Origin: Octopus sinensis
Taxonomy: Eukaryota
Direction of reading: 5' to 3'
Length of the DNA stretch: 64,000 nt
Assembly (NCBI RefSeq): GCF_006345805.1
Contig: NC_043010.1
Location: forward strand, 40,610,001-40,674,000
Positions 51,439 to 64,000 of this stretch are shown piece by piece; within the stretch, counting starts at the first letter, position 1; each line of letters starts with the position of its first letter. A program made the position numbers and the translations under genes. The notes under the pieces are model-generated. The model was not told the origin of the DNA. It made no database searches and saw nothing but the letters and a program-made list of their open reading frames with translations.

Positions 51439-52339
51439 ATATATATTATATATATATAAACAGGCACGTTCAAGCATATATACATACATACACACAAGCA
51501 AGCACGCATACCTTAACATACACACCAGCACACACACGTTTTCGAATGCAAGATATGAACTACTTTACAGTAATTGCTGAGGCTCTTCTGTCAGGAAAGT
51601 TGTCAAAATAAATACGTTGGTTTAATGGCGTAAATTAAGTGTTCCCACAGATAATCTTAATATTCCAACAATACAGTCTTAAACTGCTTCTACGAAATTC
51701 GTACAATCAATACTGAGCTATAAAATCAAACTGATCGATTTATAACTTCCATTCACTGTCCACTAATCTGCTTATTACCTTTGGAAACTTCCCAATTTCA
51801 ACAACCATTTTACGAGTATTAATATATAATATTGAGTGAGAGGGCAGCACATACCATTAAAGTGATACTGGGGTACAAATATGCGAAGCCTAATATACCC
51901 ATCATGACCACTCGTGTGATAAGGGTACATCATGCACATGCATTACAACCATATGTGCGCGCCATGGTGACCTCGTATCAAGATATATAGTGCATGGCCT
52001 TGCAGGTGGAACCCACTTAGAATAAGTGTTGTTTAAGAATGATGAACAAAACACACGTGTTTCCCGAGGAGAATTATTCAAACGCCAAAATATTCTTCTC
52101 AACAGATGACTATGATGTTCCCCACTAATCTAGTAATGATCAGCGATGCATCTTTCGTAAGCCAGTAAATAACCTGCGCAGCTGGCTACGGTTAAACAAC
52201 TGAGAGGCAAAACTGTGGCATTGAGCAGAATATTTGTTGTAGACCAAATTTTTCACCAATACAAACCAATGTACATGTTAACACTTCCAATCAGTTAACA
52301 TCAGAAGCAATTATTATAATTGTCATTATTATTGTTATT

Positions 52340-52490
52340 AACTCGGGTTTAGTTGGACCTCCTAAATCCAGCATGAGAATAGAGCTTGCTACATGCAATC
52401 TACGGTAGTGTGCTATTTATTCTCTTGAACTACATAATGTTCTCCTTATGAATCTGGCTGTGCCAAGGAAGCAAACATTTTGCAACAGGA
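52340..52490 (-). mobile_element. R4/Dong-type LINE extreme 3' fragment
   Basis: LLQNVCFLGTARFIRRTL, then a 3' UTR and degenerate (TAA)n. Confidence 0.65.
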
Positions 52491-52544
52491 TGGAGAGAAA
52501 GAAATGTAAGGACGGGGAAATGTGATAAAAGTATACATAGAATT

Positions 52545-52742
52545 ACACAGTGGTAGAATCGGTAGCACGCCGAACAAAATGCTCGGTTGCGTTTCGCTCG
52601 TCGCTACGTTCTGAGTTCAAATTCCGCTAAGGTCAACTTTTATTTTTTGGATAATATATTAAGTACTTGTCAAGCACAGGGAGCGATGTAATCGACTAGC
52701 CTCCCCGCACTAATTGCAAGCCTTGTGCCTATAATAGAAATC
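52545..52742 (+). mobile_element. Decayed SINE family A (tail B)
   Basis: TGGTAGAATCGGTAGCACGCCG..GAGTTCAAATTCCGC..GCCTTGTGCCTATAATAGAAATC(ATT)n. Confidence 0.75.
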
Positions 52743-52755
52743 ATTATTATTATTA

Positions 52756-52808
<53 letters not shown>

Positions 52809-52834
52809 GTTGTTGTTGTTGTTATTGTTGTTGC

Positions 52835-52877
<43 letters not shown>

Positions 52878-52894
52878 CTTGTTCTTGTTCTTGT

Positions 52895-53200
52895 TTAAGA
52901 TTTCGCACAGTATCCAATGTCGTGATGTTCTCGATTGAAGATATTGTGTCTAGCGGGGGTTTGTACTGTCTATCAAGTCACAACAAGTACTTTAGACAGA
53001 CAGTACTTTACGCAGTATGGGCGCAGCTCGAAGTAATGCCGATTTTTGCAATACACCTAGATTGTAGAGTACTTCTAAAGTTTCCAGATGTTTCTTCAGG
53101 GTGGGTGGTTTTGAACCGAATGCTCCGATTACAACAGGGACAACTGTTCTCTTTCTTTCATGATAATATCCTGATCTCCTGGCATTGCACTTTTGTTTGT
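52895..53200 (-). mobile_element. R4/Dong-type LINE 3' fragment
   Basis: TVVPVVIGAFGSKPPTLKKHLETLEVLYNLGVLQKSALLRAAPILRKVLSV*. The 3' UTR runs into (AAC/AAT)n at 52743-52894. Confidence 0.8.
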
Positions 53201-53239
53201 TCCTCCTAAAGGTTACTATATCCGGCCTTCGGTGCTCTT

Positions 53240-54085
53240 ATTTTTATCATGTGCTTTCACTGCACTACCGAGCGCAGCTGTGTGTACTTTGGCTATGCGC
53301 TGTCGTTTGTTGTGATGCTCTTATTTTCACTGTATTGAAAGTGTTTTACGTACGATGTGTGCAGTGCCTAGTAGTGCTATTTTCTGTATGTTATATATAT
53401 TTATAAGTCCTGGTGTTCTTGCTATGTATTTGTCTAAATTTTTTTGTCAGACCTAATGCGCCTATTATAATAGGAATTGTTTCTGCTTTTAGGCTCCAGC
53501 TTCGAGTTACCACTATTTCTAGATCTTTGTATTTTGAAAGTTTTTCCGTCTGTTTTAGAAAAACCTTGTCATCTGTTGTTATTGATAAACCGATTAGAAA
53601 ACATTTTTTTACTTTATGATCTCTGACGACTATATCCGGCCTATTGGCCTTAACTTCTCTATCTATGTATATTGACATATCCCAGAATATGGTTGCTTTC
53701 TCATTTTTTTTTACCTTTTCTGGCATGTGCATATACCATCTATTTTCTGTTTATTTTCCATAGGGTAAGCATAGCGTCCAGTGAATATAGGTCCCAACTC
53801 TGTCGTGTCTGTGAATATATTCCTTCTTAGCCAGAACCGGGCAGCCAGAGACAATATGATTTATTATTTCTTATCCGTCACCACATATTCTGCAGTTAAT
53901 TGTTGTATTTGTTTTCATTATATGTTTTGGGTGATTTCTGGTTGAAAGGCTTTGATTTTGTGCTACAATTAAAAATCCTTCAGTCTCTGCTTTGAGTCCT
54001 GAGCTTCTCAACAATTGTTGGGATTTCGCTTTGTCTATTTCTCTTCTGTTTAGCTTAACCCAATATTTGCCATGTAGGGGCTTTA
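53240..54085 (-). mobile_element. R4/Dong-type LINE 3' fragment with RLE domain
   Basis: KPLHGKY, GLKAETEGFLIVAQNQSL, CRICGD, HIVSGC, RHDRV, IFWDMSI.IDREVKANRPDIVV, KLSKYKDL, IPIIIGALG, IQKIALLGTAHIVRKTL. Begins at (TAA)n 54086-54162. Confidence 0.9.
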
Positions 54086-54106
54086 TATTATTATTATTAT
54101 TATTAA

Positions 54107-54162
<56 letters not shown>

Positions 54163-54164
<2 letters not shown>

Positions 54165-54548
54165 TTGTACTCTAAGCACAAGGCCCGAAACTTTTAGATA
54201 GGCAGCCAGTGGATAAGATCGACACCAGTGCACAACTGGTACTTAATTCATTGACCCCGAAAGGATGAAAGGCAAAGTCGATCTCAGCGGAATTTGAACT
54301 CAGAACCTTAAGATAGACGAAATACCTATTTCTTTACTACCCACAAGGGGCTAAGCAAAGAGAGGACAAACAAGGACAGACAAACGGATTAAGTCGATTA
54401 TATCGACCCCAGTCCGAAACTGGTACTTACTTAATCGATCCCGAAAGAATGAAAAGCAGAGTCGACTGCGGCGGAATTTGATCTCAGAACGTAGCGGCAG
54501 TCGAAATACCGCTAAGTATTTTGCCTGGCGTGCTAACGTTTCTGCCAG

Positions 54549-54552
<4 letters not shown>
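54163..54552 (-). mobile_element. SINE family A dimer: tail-A copy inside a copy with a different tail
   Basis: Junction AAAGAAATA|GGTATTTCGTC near 54327. The distal copy ends GGGCCTTGTGCTTAGAGTAC. Confidence 0.88.
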
Positions 54553-54606
<54 letters not shown>

Positions 54607-55328
54607 TATTATTATTATTATCATTAAGACAGCAAGATTGCAGACATTTCTTGCGACTATACTTCATGCGCTTTACGTTCCGAGTTCTAATTCTGCCGAG
54701 GTTGACATATTCTTTATTCCGTTCGGGGTCTATAAAGATAAGAACAAATTGAGCGGTCAGTTTGATACAATTAAGTGATCCCCCACATCACTAAAATTGT
54801 TGGTAATGTACCAAAATTCGAGACCATTATTATTATTATTTTAAAAGCGCTACATGACTGTTCCCATCGGGCGATGAACCAAATACTCCACCGGATTAAG
54901 TTGTACGTTTTAAAAGCAAATCTTTGCATGTTTTGAAAGGAAATCCAGTTTTGCTTTCGCCTTACATCTTCGTCATTCAATTAATGTCTGTTTAACGCAT
55001 TTTCGAAACCATTATAGTTTTATTGTTGCTGTTGTATCTATCATATTTTATCATGAAAAAACATTGTTTTAAAGTAGCCCCTATTCCTCTTTTCTTTATT
55101 GAATCGTTCGCTTTTTTTTTCTTTCCATCATGGAGAAGGATAAGAAGGGATAAGCTGTTACATGTCTTCTGTATTCACGTGAAGGACTTTTTTCTTTTTC
55201 TCTTGTCATTCACGCGTGAAATTAGTTTCAATATGGCTGCACTGGTGTGGATGTAAGATAATTCGTATACAGTGTGAATCCACATTCCATCTTCGAAGAA
55301 AGAGAAAGAAAATAAATTTGTGCATGAA

Positions 55329-55359
<31 letters not shown>

Positions 55360-55789
55360 GAGAGAGAGAAACGTTTACCCCAATAGCATTTAAAATTGCA
55401 ACACCGATATTATAGAATGTCAGCACTGTCAATGATATTACGAAAGGTAAACGTGTTACTTAGGCACTTAAGAAAAATCTGAAAGACAACAACAGTAATA
55501 AAAAATACTACAGAAAAAAAAATCTATTTGCATATGTCATATTTCAGGACCTTAATAAAATAACTGAAGAAAGAATTAAGGGGCCAATAAATGCAAATCC
55601 GCTGAAAGACTTGTGCATGTAAATAGATATTAACGTTGAGATTTATGCCGAGGAGCAGGCTATTGCGATACTCACGCCAGTAAAATACAAACTAATGGGC
55701 TATATATTATTATATATTATATATTATATATTATTATATATACATACTCACACGGGAAAGATTTATATATATATATATATATATATATA

Positions 55790-56120
55790 AAGGGAAAGAC
55801 CCCCTTCGGTCATGAATGACCATGGGATTGCACCTAGAAAGTTACCCTCCTAGACAAAAGTCCGGGCAAGGTTGTTTATGGAAGGCCAGCAGTCGCCCAT
55901 GCATACCAGCCTCCCCTCTCCACGCCACCAGTGTTATCCAAGGGAAAGACAAAGGTCGATACAGCTTGGCACCAGTGACGTCGCAACTCTTTTCTACAGC
56001 TGAGTGAACTGGAGCAACGTGAAATAAAGTGCCTTGCTCAAGAACACAACACGCAGCCCGGTCCGGGATTCGAGCTCACAACCTCACGATCGTAAGCTCG
56101 ACGCTCTAACCACTGAACCA
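55790..56120 (-). mobile_element. tRNA-derived SINE family C
   Basis: TGGTTCAGTGGTTAGAGCGTC A box, GAGCTCGAATCCC B box. Matches 16283-16602. Confidence 0.88.
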
Positions 56121-56675
56121 TATATATATATATATATATATAATATATATATATGTGTGTGTGTGTATAAAGGGCATTTTTATATTATAATAATGTGTTG
56201 TTAATTGCATTATACATGAGGCAAATATGTGATGACATGGCTTGATCACATTTTGTTAGACAGCTAATCTATCTGGATTGAGGTGGAGTTGAACAACAAT
56301 AACAAAACAACGACCCTTTTTGTCTATGTTAAAATTTTCCAGTAACATTATGAAGGTCCTGAGTGATGTCGAAAAACATGGTTCATACTAATGCAAGTTT
56401 TTCTCAGTAGTCTCTTTTATAGCTGTTGTTGCCTTTCTAATTTTCCTATGTATCTTAATACAGAATTTTAGTTTTTGTAAAGTCAGTTTGTCATTTTTAG
56501 CAGTGCAGATAAATGCGTGGATCTGCTGTTGACGACGTATGACACCAGAAGCTGAGTTATCTCAGAAATCTACTTTACTTTTAAGGTTTCTGGTTGAAGA
56601 GTTTGTGGTTGTAAACGATTTTAAAAGCTTCTCTGTATGAAAACGTTAATAATGTTATCAAAATGTTATATATAT

Positions 56676-57998
56676 AACGTTTGTGGGCCACAAGTAAGTT
56701 TATTTTAATATTCTCGAGATTCCGGTAGTATTTATTGTACATATGTCATGTGTAACACTTTGCTGCTTATTATAATGTAGGAACCTAGTGAAGTGTAATC
56801 TATTGCGAGTTACTACTTGGAGATATTCCAAGATGTAAAGAAAAAACAGACATAAAAACAATGAAGATGAAATCTCTTAGTGTTATTTGTCATTTCCAAA
56901 GTGAGTCCAGGATGGAATGTCCATGAATTACATGGGGATCCTTCATGAAGGTCGGATGGATTTATTTTGGCAAAATTCGACTAAAATCTATGTTGTTTAT
57001 CACTATACATAATATTTCAGTGATATATCATAGTGGAGAAGAGCTACCTTTTGAAAGGTTTTTGTATTAGCACGTAAACATATCATACAATTTCGAAATG
57101 TTTATGAAACGTAGACCCCTTTGTCAACGATACGATCATCTACAACTGTCTGTCAATACGTTATTGCTTTCAGATCAGTTCTTTTAATACTTATCAATTC
57201 TTATTATATTTTATATATATATATATATGCATTTTGTTTTAGAATACAAAGATATTTCGAAGAAAGCAAGATCTATTTGCGTCATCAGTCTCCTTTAAGA
57301 AGCTCATCAACAGAGAATTCAACTATTTTGGTTGAATATTTTCCACTGTTTTTATCCAACTGTAAAATCTGATTTAGAAAACAACAACACAAAAAATAAC
57401 AAAAACACAATCACTATTTTGAAGAGTTTTTCTTTTAAATAAATAAATGAATAAATACATAAATAAATATTCAAGATTTCTTATTTCTCAAAATAACTTG
57501 TCTTTACCTTTCTTGAATATATATATAAATAGAGAGAGACAGACAGATAGAGTAAGAGAGAGAAAGAGAGAGAGAGAGAGTAAGTTTACAGAGTTGCTTG
57601 TCTTCCATTTTTAGTTTCCAGCTTATTACTTTAAACTATTAAGATAGCTACGACCAACTTTCTATTCTCTTTGACGGTCATCAATACTTGACTTGACTTT
57701 ATTATAACTTTCAGAATGATTGTGTCTTTTTCGATACATCAAATTCTTGGTAAATATAATCAGGTTAATTTACTGCTTGAAATAATACAGACCTTTTCTT
57801 TACGCATCGTTTTATTTTATAATATAATTCAAATATCCGCAACGTTTGTGGGCCACAAGTAAGTTTCCTTTAATATTCTCGAGTTTCCTGTAGTATTTAT
57901 TGTACATATGTCATGTGTAGCACTTTGCTGCTTAATATAATGCAGGAACCTAGTGAAGTGTAATCTATTGTGAGTTACTACTTGGAGATATTCCAAGA
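56676..57998. repeat. Diverged about 158-bp direct repeat pair
   Basis: AACGTTTGTGGGCCACAAGTAAGTT..CTACTTGGAGATATTCCAAGA at 56676-56833 and 57841-57998. Confidence 0.85.
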
Positions 57999-58859
57999 AT
58001 TTTTTATACAACGTTTCAGTGGGACATTAATAAGTAGAAATCTAACGACCAGTTGAATTTGCACATTGGTTTTCGATTTGTCTCTGTTGGAAAGCTTTGC
58101 TTCACAATCTAACAAGGAGACCTTTTTGAGATCACTGAACTTGCCAGAAATAGAGGCTAATTTCCTACAAAATACGCTCTGTTGTCTTCAAACAATAGTC
58201 AAGATTGAGCAAGTTATTTATCATATTTTGCACAATCGAGGTTTATCTTGGGCTGAACAAGAATTTGGGCTATTTAATGCCGTTTTTGAGATTGGATCAA
58301 ACGAGCAGATATCCACTTTCTGTTTTTTCCCCCACGCTTCCATATATTTCTCATTTTACTCTTTCAGTATTTTCAGCCAGCGAGCTGGTGTCGCTGGGGC
58401 GCCGCTATCTTAAGATATTTTGTTCATTCAGAGAATGGATGGTCTTTTGAAATCAATAATAACCGTGTTAGGTTTCCTTTTGATTGCTCTTCAGATTTTG
58501 TTTGTTTTTTTTCCTCCGTCTATTTCTGTTTTGTTGCGTACATTTTTGCCGATTTTTCGACACAGGGCTTTTAAGTGCAGTTCTTATCCGCAAAAAGCAA
58601 TAAAATATCTATACTCTCTGCTCCCCACAATTTATGTCAATGTATTTGCCCATGAAATCTTTAAACCTATTTTATCCATGATATCTCAGCCTTCTCGTTT
58701 CACAATGATGCCAAACTATAAATTTTCCAGAACCGATGCGTGCACTTAACGAGAAAAAAGCCCTGTCGCTATTTTTGTTATTGTTTAACCACGGCTCACT
58801 CATTCAATATGATAAAAGTCGCTCAGTTTTTAACTATTCCATATTTGTGACAAATATTA

Positions 58860-59368
58860 TAATGGTTTCAAATTTTGGCACAAGGCCAGGATTTCGTGTG
58901 GAATAAGGAAGTCAATTACATTAACGCCATTGCTCAACTTTGTCGATCCGAAAAAAGCCAAAGTCAGAATAAGCACACACACACACACACAGGCACACAC
59001 ACCATGCGAAGTTTCCCTACCTTACAAAGGCCTCAGATTTACTGGTGCTTAATTTATTGAACCCGAAAGGATGAAAGGCGAAGTTGACCTCGGTGGAATT
59101 TGAACTCAGAACGTAGCGACTGGTTAAATACTTGTTTCTTTACCATCCACAAGGGGATAAACACAGAGAGGACAAACAAGAACAGACAAACGGATTAAGT
59201 CGATTATATCGACCCCAGTGCGTAACTGGTACTTAATATATCGACCCCGAAAGGATGAAAGGCAAAGTCGACCTCGGCGGAATTTGAACTTAGAACATAA
59301 CGACAGACTGGTTAAATATTGTAAATCATTTCGCCCAGCGTGCTAGCGATTCTGCTAGCTAGCCGCCT
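58860..59368 (-). mobile_element. SINE family A dimer with 15-bp TSD
   Basis: GACTGGTTAAATA(C/T)T at 59118-59132 and 59306-59320 flanks a tail-A copy. The host has tail B at 58860-58935. Confidence 0.88.
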
Positions 59369-59512
59369 ACCGAATTTTTTTGTGATGAAAGTAATAACTA
59401 AATGCTAACTTTTCTCTTATTTTAAAAAGGAAAATTCCCGGTGACCGTGGTATGGTTGGTACATCAGGTGGATTGAATAACAAAGTATTTGGTTTAATAT
59501 AGCTGTGTATAC

Positions 59513-59724
59513 TATTTTACTCTTTTACTTGTTTCAGTCAGTTGACTGCGGCCATGCTGGAGCACCACCTTTAATCGAGCAACTCGACCCCGGGACTTAT
59601 TCTTTTGTAAGCCCAGTACTTATTCTATCGGTCTCTTTTGCCGAACCGCTAAGTGACGGGGACGTAAACACACCAGCATCGGTTGTTAAGCAATGCTAGG
59701 GGGACAACCACAGACACACAAACG

Positions 59725-59789
<65 letters not shown>

Positions 59790-59948
59790 CGACAGGCTTC
59801 TTTCAGTTTCCGTCTACCAAATCCACTCACAAGGCATTGGTCGGCCCGGGGCTATAGCAGAAGACACTTGCCCAAGATGCCACACAGTGGGACTGAACCC
59901 GGAACCATGTGGTTGGTTAGCAAGCTACTTACCACACAGCCACTCCTG
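59513..59948 (-). mobile_element. SINE family D, full length, with internal (TA)/(TG) microsatellite
   Basis: GGAGTGGCTGTGTGGTAAGTAGC A box, GGGTTCAGTCCC B box, microsatellite at 59722-59789, tail ..GAAACAAGTAAAAGAGTAAAA. Confidence 0.9.
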
Positions 59949-60356
59949 TATGATATCATACCAATGTATGATATCATTAATGACAAAACGTTTTGTTTAA
60001 ATTTATTTTTAAAGCAATTCTTTCTTTAAACTGTTCGATTAGCTAAACTCTAGAATATGCGTGGTGTAATTGAAACTAAAACAGCTAACTTGGGTCAAGT
60101 GATACGTTGAAAGATTTCTAATCAGCAATCTTCAAAAAGCTGAAGATTGTTATAAAAACTAAAATTGACAGGCAAAGGAATTTTCAAAGCTAAATTTAAT
60201 TCGTTAAATTTCGAAAGCAGTCGAGTAAGAAAGATTGTATCTTCAGCTTCTTGACACATACGCTCACGAGAGAGAGAAAAAAGTAAATATAGCAATTTGT
60301 GCAGTGGTAAAGCGATCTGGTTTGTTTGCTATTGCTTGCTCTGTTGTTGTTGTTGT

Positions 60357-60432
60357 CTTCTTCTTCTTCTTCTTCTTCTTCTTCTTCTTCTTCTTCTTCT
60401 TCTTCTTCTTCTTCTTCTTCTTCTTCTTCTTC
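60357..60432. repeat. (CTT)n microsatellite
   Basis: Direct inspection. Confidence 0.95.
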
Positions 60433-60603
60433 CAATCAAGAATCACGCCATTAGCCACAAAGAATAATCTCTAATTCGAGCCTACTCTAAGCTAATAAGA
60501 ATGCGTGTGGCATTCTTGAAGATCCACCCACCGCACGCGATAGACTGGCGGTTGCACGGGCGCGAAAGCTACGTTGTTATCCTCATTCTGTCAACAGTGG
60601 CTT

Positions 60604-60896
60604 TTAACGGGTGGAGAGCTGAACCATCCTAGGGTACAGAGGATTCGCAAGGGTCTGAAAGTTTACCACATCATAGTGGGTTACACCATGGTTCCTCTGT
60701 TTTGTGACAGAAGTAGGAAGAAAGAATGACAGAAAGTTGTGGTGAAAAAGTACAGTGAGGTTCACCACCCTCCCCCACAGGAGCCTCGTGGAGCTTATGT
60801 GCTTTCGCTCAATAAACACTCACAATGCTCGGAAATCGAAACCGCGTTCTTACGACCGCGAGTCCGCTGCCCTAACCACTGGGCGATTGCGCTTCC
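60604..60896 (-). mobile_element. SINE family B head and body with divergent 3' part
   Basis: GGAAGCGCAATCGCCCAGTGGTTAGGGCAGCGGACTCGCGGTCGTA..GGTTTCGATTTCC. Confidence 0.8.
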
Positions 60897-61533
60897 ACTT
60901 GTTGTTGTTGCAGTTGTTAACAGTGATGTTGTTGTTGGTATTGCATTGTCGCCGGCCAGCGAAAGTCTATGATAAAGGTCTATGGCCAGAGTTGTCCCAG
61001 TGCGCCGGTTGTAGCTGGTGTCGTTGTTGTTGTTGTTGTTGAAGACGAGGCTCTTCTTGTTGATGATCATGATCATGATCATAAACTTTTGTCGCTCGAT
61101 GACCACAAAATATGACCATCTTTATCATTATCATTATCATTAAAAACCAGAGTAACCGAGCAAATTTAGCTGTAATTTCTAGTATCGGGGACAAATGAAT
61201 TGGCTCAGGTTATGTTTGTTTGCCGCTTGTTGAGGACCCTCGAACAGTTGTCTTCTCTCTTTAATAGACCTCCATATAATCGTGGTGGTGGTGGTGGTGG
61301 TGGTGGTGGTTGAGGGAAGGGGATGTGAGGAAGGAACAGGAGGAGGATAAAGAGAGGAGGAAGAGGGAGTAGGTGGAAGAGGGGGAGGAACATGGGGAAG
61401 ATGGTAGAGGAGGATAATGAGGAGGTTGTGGAGCTAGTTATGATGTTGATGACAATTGGGGTAACGGTGATGATGACGGTAGCATTTATTAAATGATCAT
61501 AATCACGATGACGACAACGACTATCATGATAGA

Positions 61534-61565
<32 letters not shown>

Positions 61566-62077
61566 GAGAAGAAGGAAGATTATGACGATGATCATGCGAA
61601 GAGGAGCATGTCTATCATAAAGATGATGCTGCTGCGTCGATAGGCTAGCGGTGAAGCGAGCAACTACCGGAGTATTTTGCTCGGACGCTAAGGACAAAAA
61701 ACAAAAAGAGAGATAACAAACAAATAGCGAGACTAACAACCATCGAATAAAGCGAAAGTGAGACAAATCAAAGGTGAATCAATTGAACGGTGCGATGGCA
61801 CCTAATGAGATAAAACCCAAATCACCAACCAATTACTGTTCCATTTACCATTTTTCCTTTTCTGTCTTAAACGCGTTTAAAAGGTAATTTCACGCGTGAG
61901 GAGCAAATAGAGGACACCAGAATAAAATTATTCCTTTTCCTAATTGCAAATCTTTCATTGCTAATAAAATGTCGTATTCCATTCTTTCGCAAAATAAGAC
62001 AGAATTTAAAATATTCTCATCATTCGTTCATTGATATCGCTCATCATATTCATCACAGTTGTTCACGGAAAAATTTT

Positions 62078-62545
62078 GGGTTGTCCGGAAAGTTCGTGCT
62101 GATTTATACCAGCTTACCTTTCGACTTCTTTTAGAACATGTTTGAGTCCATAAAATAGGATCTGACTACACCTTCATTTAGAGTACAGTTTAAGCTATCT
62201 TTTCGTGGAAGAAGGTTTATGTTCCTATAACCTGTGTTAATTCTGTAACCCTTTAAAATGTAAGATAAGAAAGTTCATTTTCGGCACTTGATGCTTTGGG
62301 AACCAGACAAAAAAATGCTGCAGCTCGGCTGGGATGTGTTACCCCACCCTCCATATTCACCAGATATTGCTCCTTCGGATTTCCACTTATTCAGGTCTCT
62401 GCAGAATAGTCTTAATGGCAAACATTTCAATTCCTTGGATGACGTAAAAAGATACCTTGATAAATTCTCTGCCATGAAACCACCTCAATTCTGGGAAGAG
62501 GGTATTTTCAATTTAAAGGAAAGATGGAGAGGCATTGTGCAACAT
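62078..62545 (+). mobile_element. Internally deleted mariner (DD34D) element
   Basis: TIR-like GGGTTGTCCGGAAAGTTCGTGC. N-terminal DKKVHFRHLMLWE is fused to LQLGWDVLPHPPYSPDIAPSDFHLFRSLQNSL..FWEEGIFNLKERW. Confidence 0.88.
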
Positions 62546-62716
62546 TGTGCCCCTGCGTTTACTATGTTATAATTTACCAGATAATGACAGGTGTAACTTC
62601 ATTCTAGCTAGAGTATGACTTGATCAAAATATATTATGAATCTCTACTTTGGTACTGAATACTTTTTCTTTCGGCAGTTAACATTATATACATATATGCA
62701 TACATACTTACACACG

Positions 62717-62762
<46 letters not shown>

Positions 62763-62899
62763 TATATATATATATAGTAAATCCCCCACACACACACACG
62801 AAATAAAGAAGACCAAACACAACAAGAAAAAAAACAACAACGCGAGGACGTGGTGCATGCAAAGTATTAACAGATGCTCAGGAAAGGAGAGAAAGGTAG

Positions 62900-62938
62900 G
62901 CTTTTTCACGTTTCGAGTAAAGCTGGTCGTCAGAAACA
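62900..62938 (-). ncRNA. Decayed hammerhead motif (GUG triplet, probably inactive)
   Basis: TTT-CTGACGA-CCAGCTTTACTC-GAAA-CG-TG-AAAA, in a relative of the 63800-63996 repeat. Confidence 0.5.
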
Positions 62939-63458
62939 GGAGACGGAGGGAAGTCTAAGAGAGGAAAAAGGAGAAAAAATCCCCAACGATTCACATGTTG
63001 TTACATTTTGAAAACGCTTTCGCCTGTACATTTAACAAGTTATCCATCAGACAAGTGATAACTTCATTTGCCAGAGGATGACGGGTGAAACTCCATTCTA
63101 GCTATAGTCTGCCTTGGTGAAAATATATTATATATATAATCAGACGTGTCCTGTCTTGCCTTCGAAACACGCTATGTCTGGTAGCGACAGCCGATGAAGT
63201 GGATTTTTCCTTGTGCAGCATGTCCTGTACTTCGTTTTTCTGCTGTACATAATTGTTTTTCCCGTTTTCGTTTTCGTCTTGTTCCACGTCTCTGTCCTTC
63301 TGTTGTAACAAAATGGCTTTTCCGTTTTCGTTTCTGTTGATTTTTACGTCTTCTTGTGGTGTCCTGTACGTATATATATTTATATATGCTTGTATATATA
63401 CATGTAGATGTCGGTACGTACATATATGTTTGTATGTATGCATATATTTTATTTATTA

Positions 63459-63493
<35 letters not shown>

Positions 63494-63524
63494 CTAAACT
63501 GGCAATATGACCATTCCGAAATAT

Positions 63525-63592
<68 letters not shown>

Positions 63593-63862
63593 TATATATA
63601 TATTATCATTACTTTCTTTATACTTTCTAAACTTTCCTGTATTTTCTGGGCTTTCCTTTTGTCGTCTCTTCCTACTCTGGATGTCCTTACTCTGTTGTCT
63701 CTTATACACACACGCACCTTCGTGTTGGGGGTCATCTTTACTTTGTTATCACCCCTACTTCTTCGCTCTCTTGTGTGATCCTTCTGTCCGAAGTCAGTCG
63801 CCATGATAGATCGTTAGCCACTACATACATTTTTTTCTCTCCTTGTTTTTTTTCTGTGTCCC

Positions 63863-63896
63863 TTTCTGAAGAAGAGCGTAGGCTCGAAACGTAAAA
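63863..63896 (+). ncRNA. Minimal hammerhead ribozyme, canonical core, in a repeat spanning 63800-63996
   Basis: TTT-CTGAAGA-A-GAGC gtag GCTC-GAAA-CG-TA-AAA. ACGT palindromic stem III. Confidence 0.75.
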
Positions 63897-64000
63897 AAAA
63901 CTGTTTCTGTTTCTGAGCGTTATACTAATACATCTGTTTGTTTTGTACACCACCTGTCTTCGTCTTTTGTTGTTGTTTTTTTTCGTAAACTCCCCCTATA

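Noticed and set aside
58066-58749. ORFs of 81-115 aa
   Set aside because: No recognisable motif, non-ATG starts and many stops in other frames. Probably old repeat debris.

Overview
AT-rich eukaryotic, repeat-saturated non-coding DNA. I infer a coleoid cephalopod, probably Octopus, from the SINE families and microsatellite load. I can support no host gene exon. Contents: a near full-length Tx1/L1-clade LINE (10292-15633, minus), a 5'-truncated CR1-group LINE, six R4/Dong-type 3' fragments at trinucleotide tracts, an RTE fragment with C2H2 fingers, four Tc1/mariner remnants, several MITE/foldback elements, four tRNA-derived SINE families, two local tandem duplications and large microsatellites. 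Two systems stand out. (1) The Tx1 LINE shares its 3' tail with a SINE, and both insert at the same nucleotide inside the tRNA-like head of that SINE family, building headless SINE arrays and swapping tails. (2) A set of minimal type-I hammerhead ribozyme motifs sits in short non-coding Penelope/retrozyme-like repeats. It includes compensatory core variants (C3-G8, U3-A8, G3-C8, plus U4C) within about 800 bp, and one motif caps a rod-like, terminally redundant 359-nt unit. All alignments and folds were done by eye. Boundaries of decayed elements are approximate.
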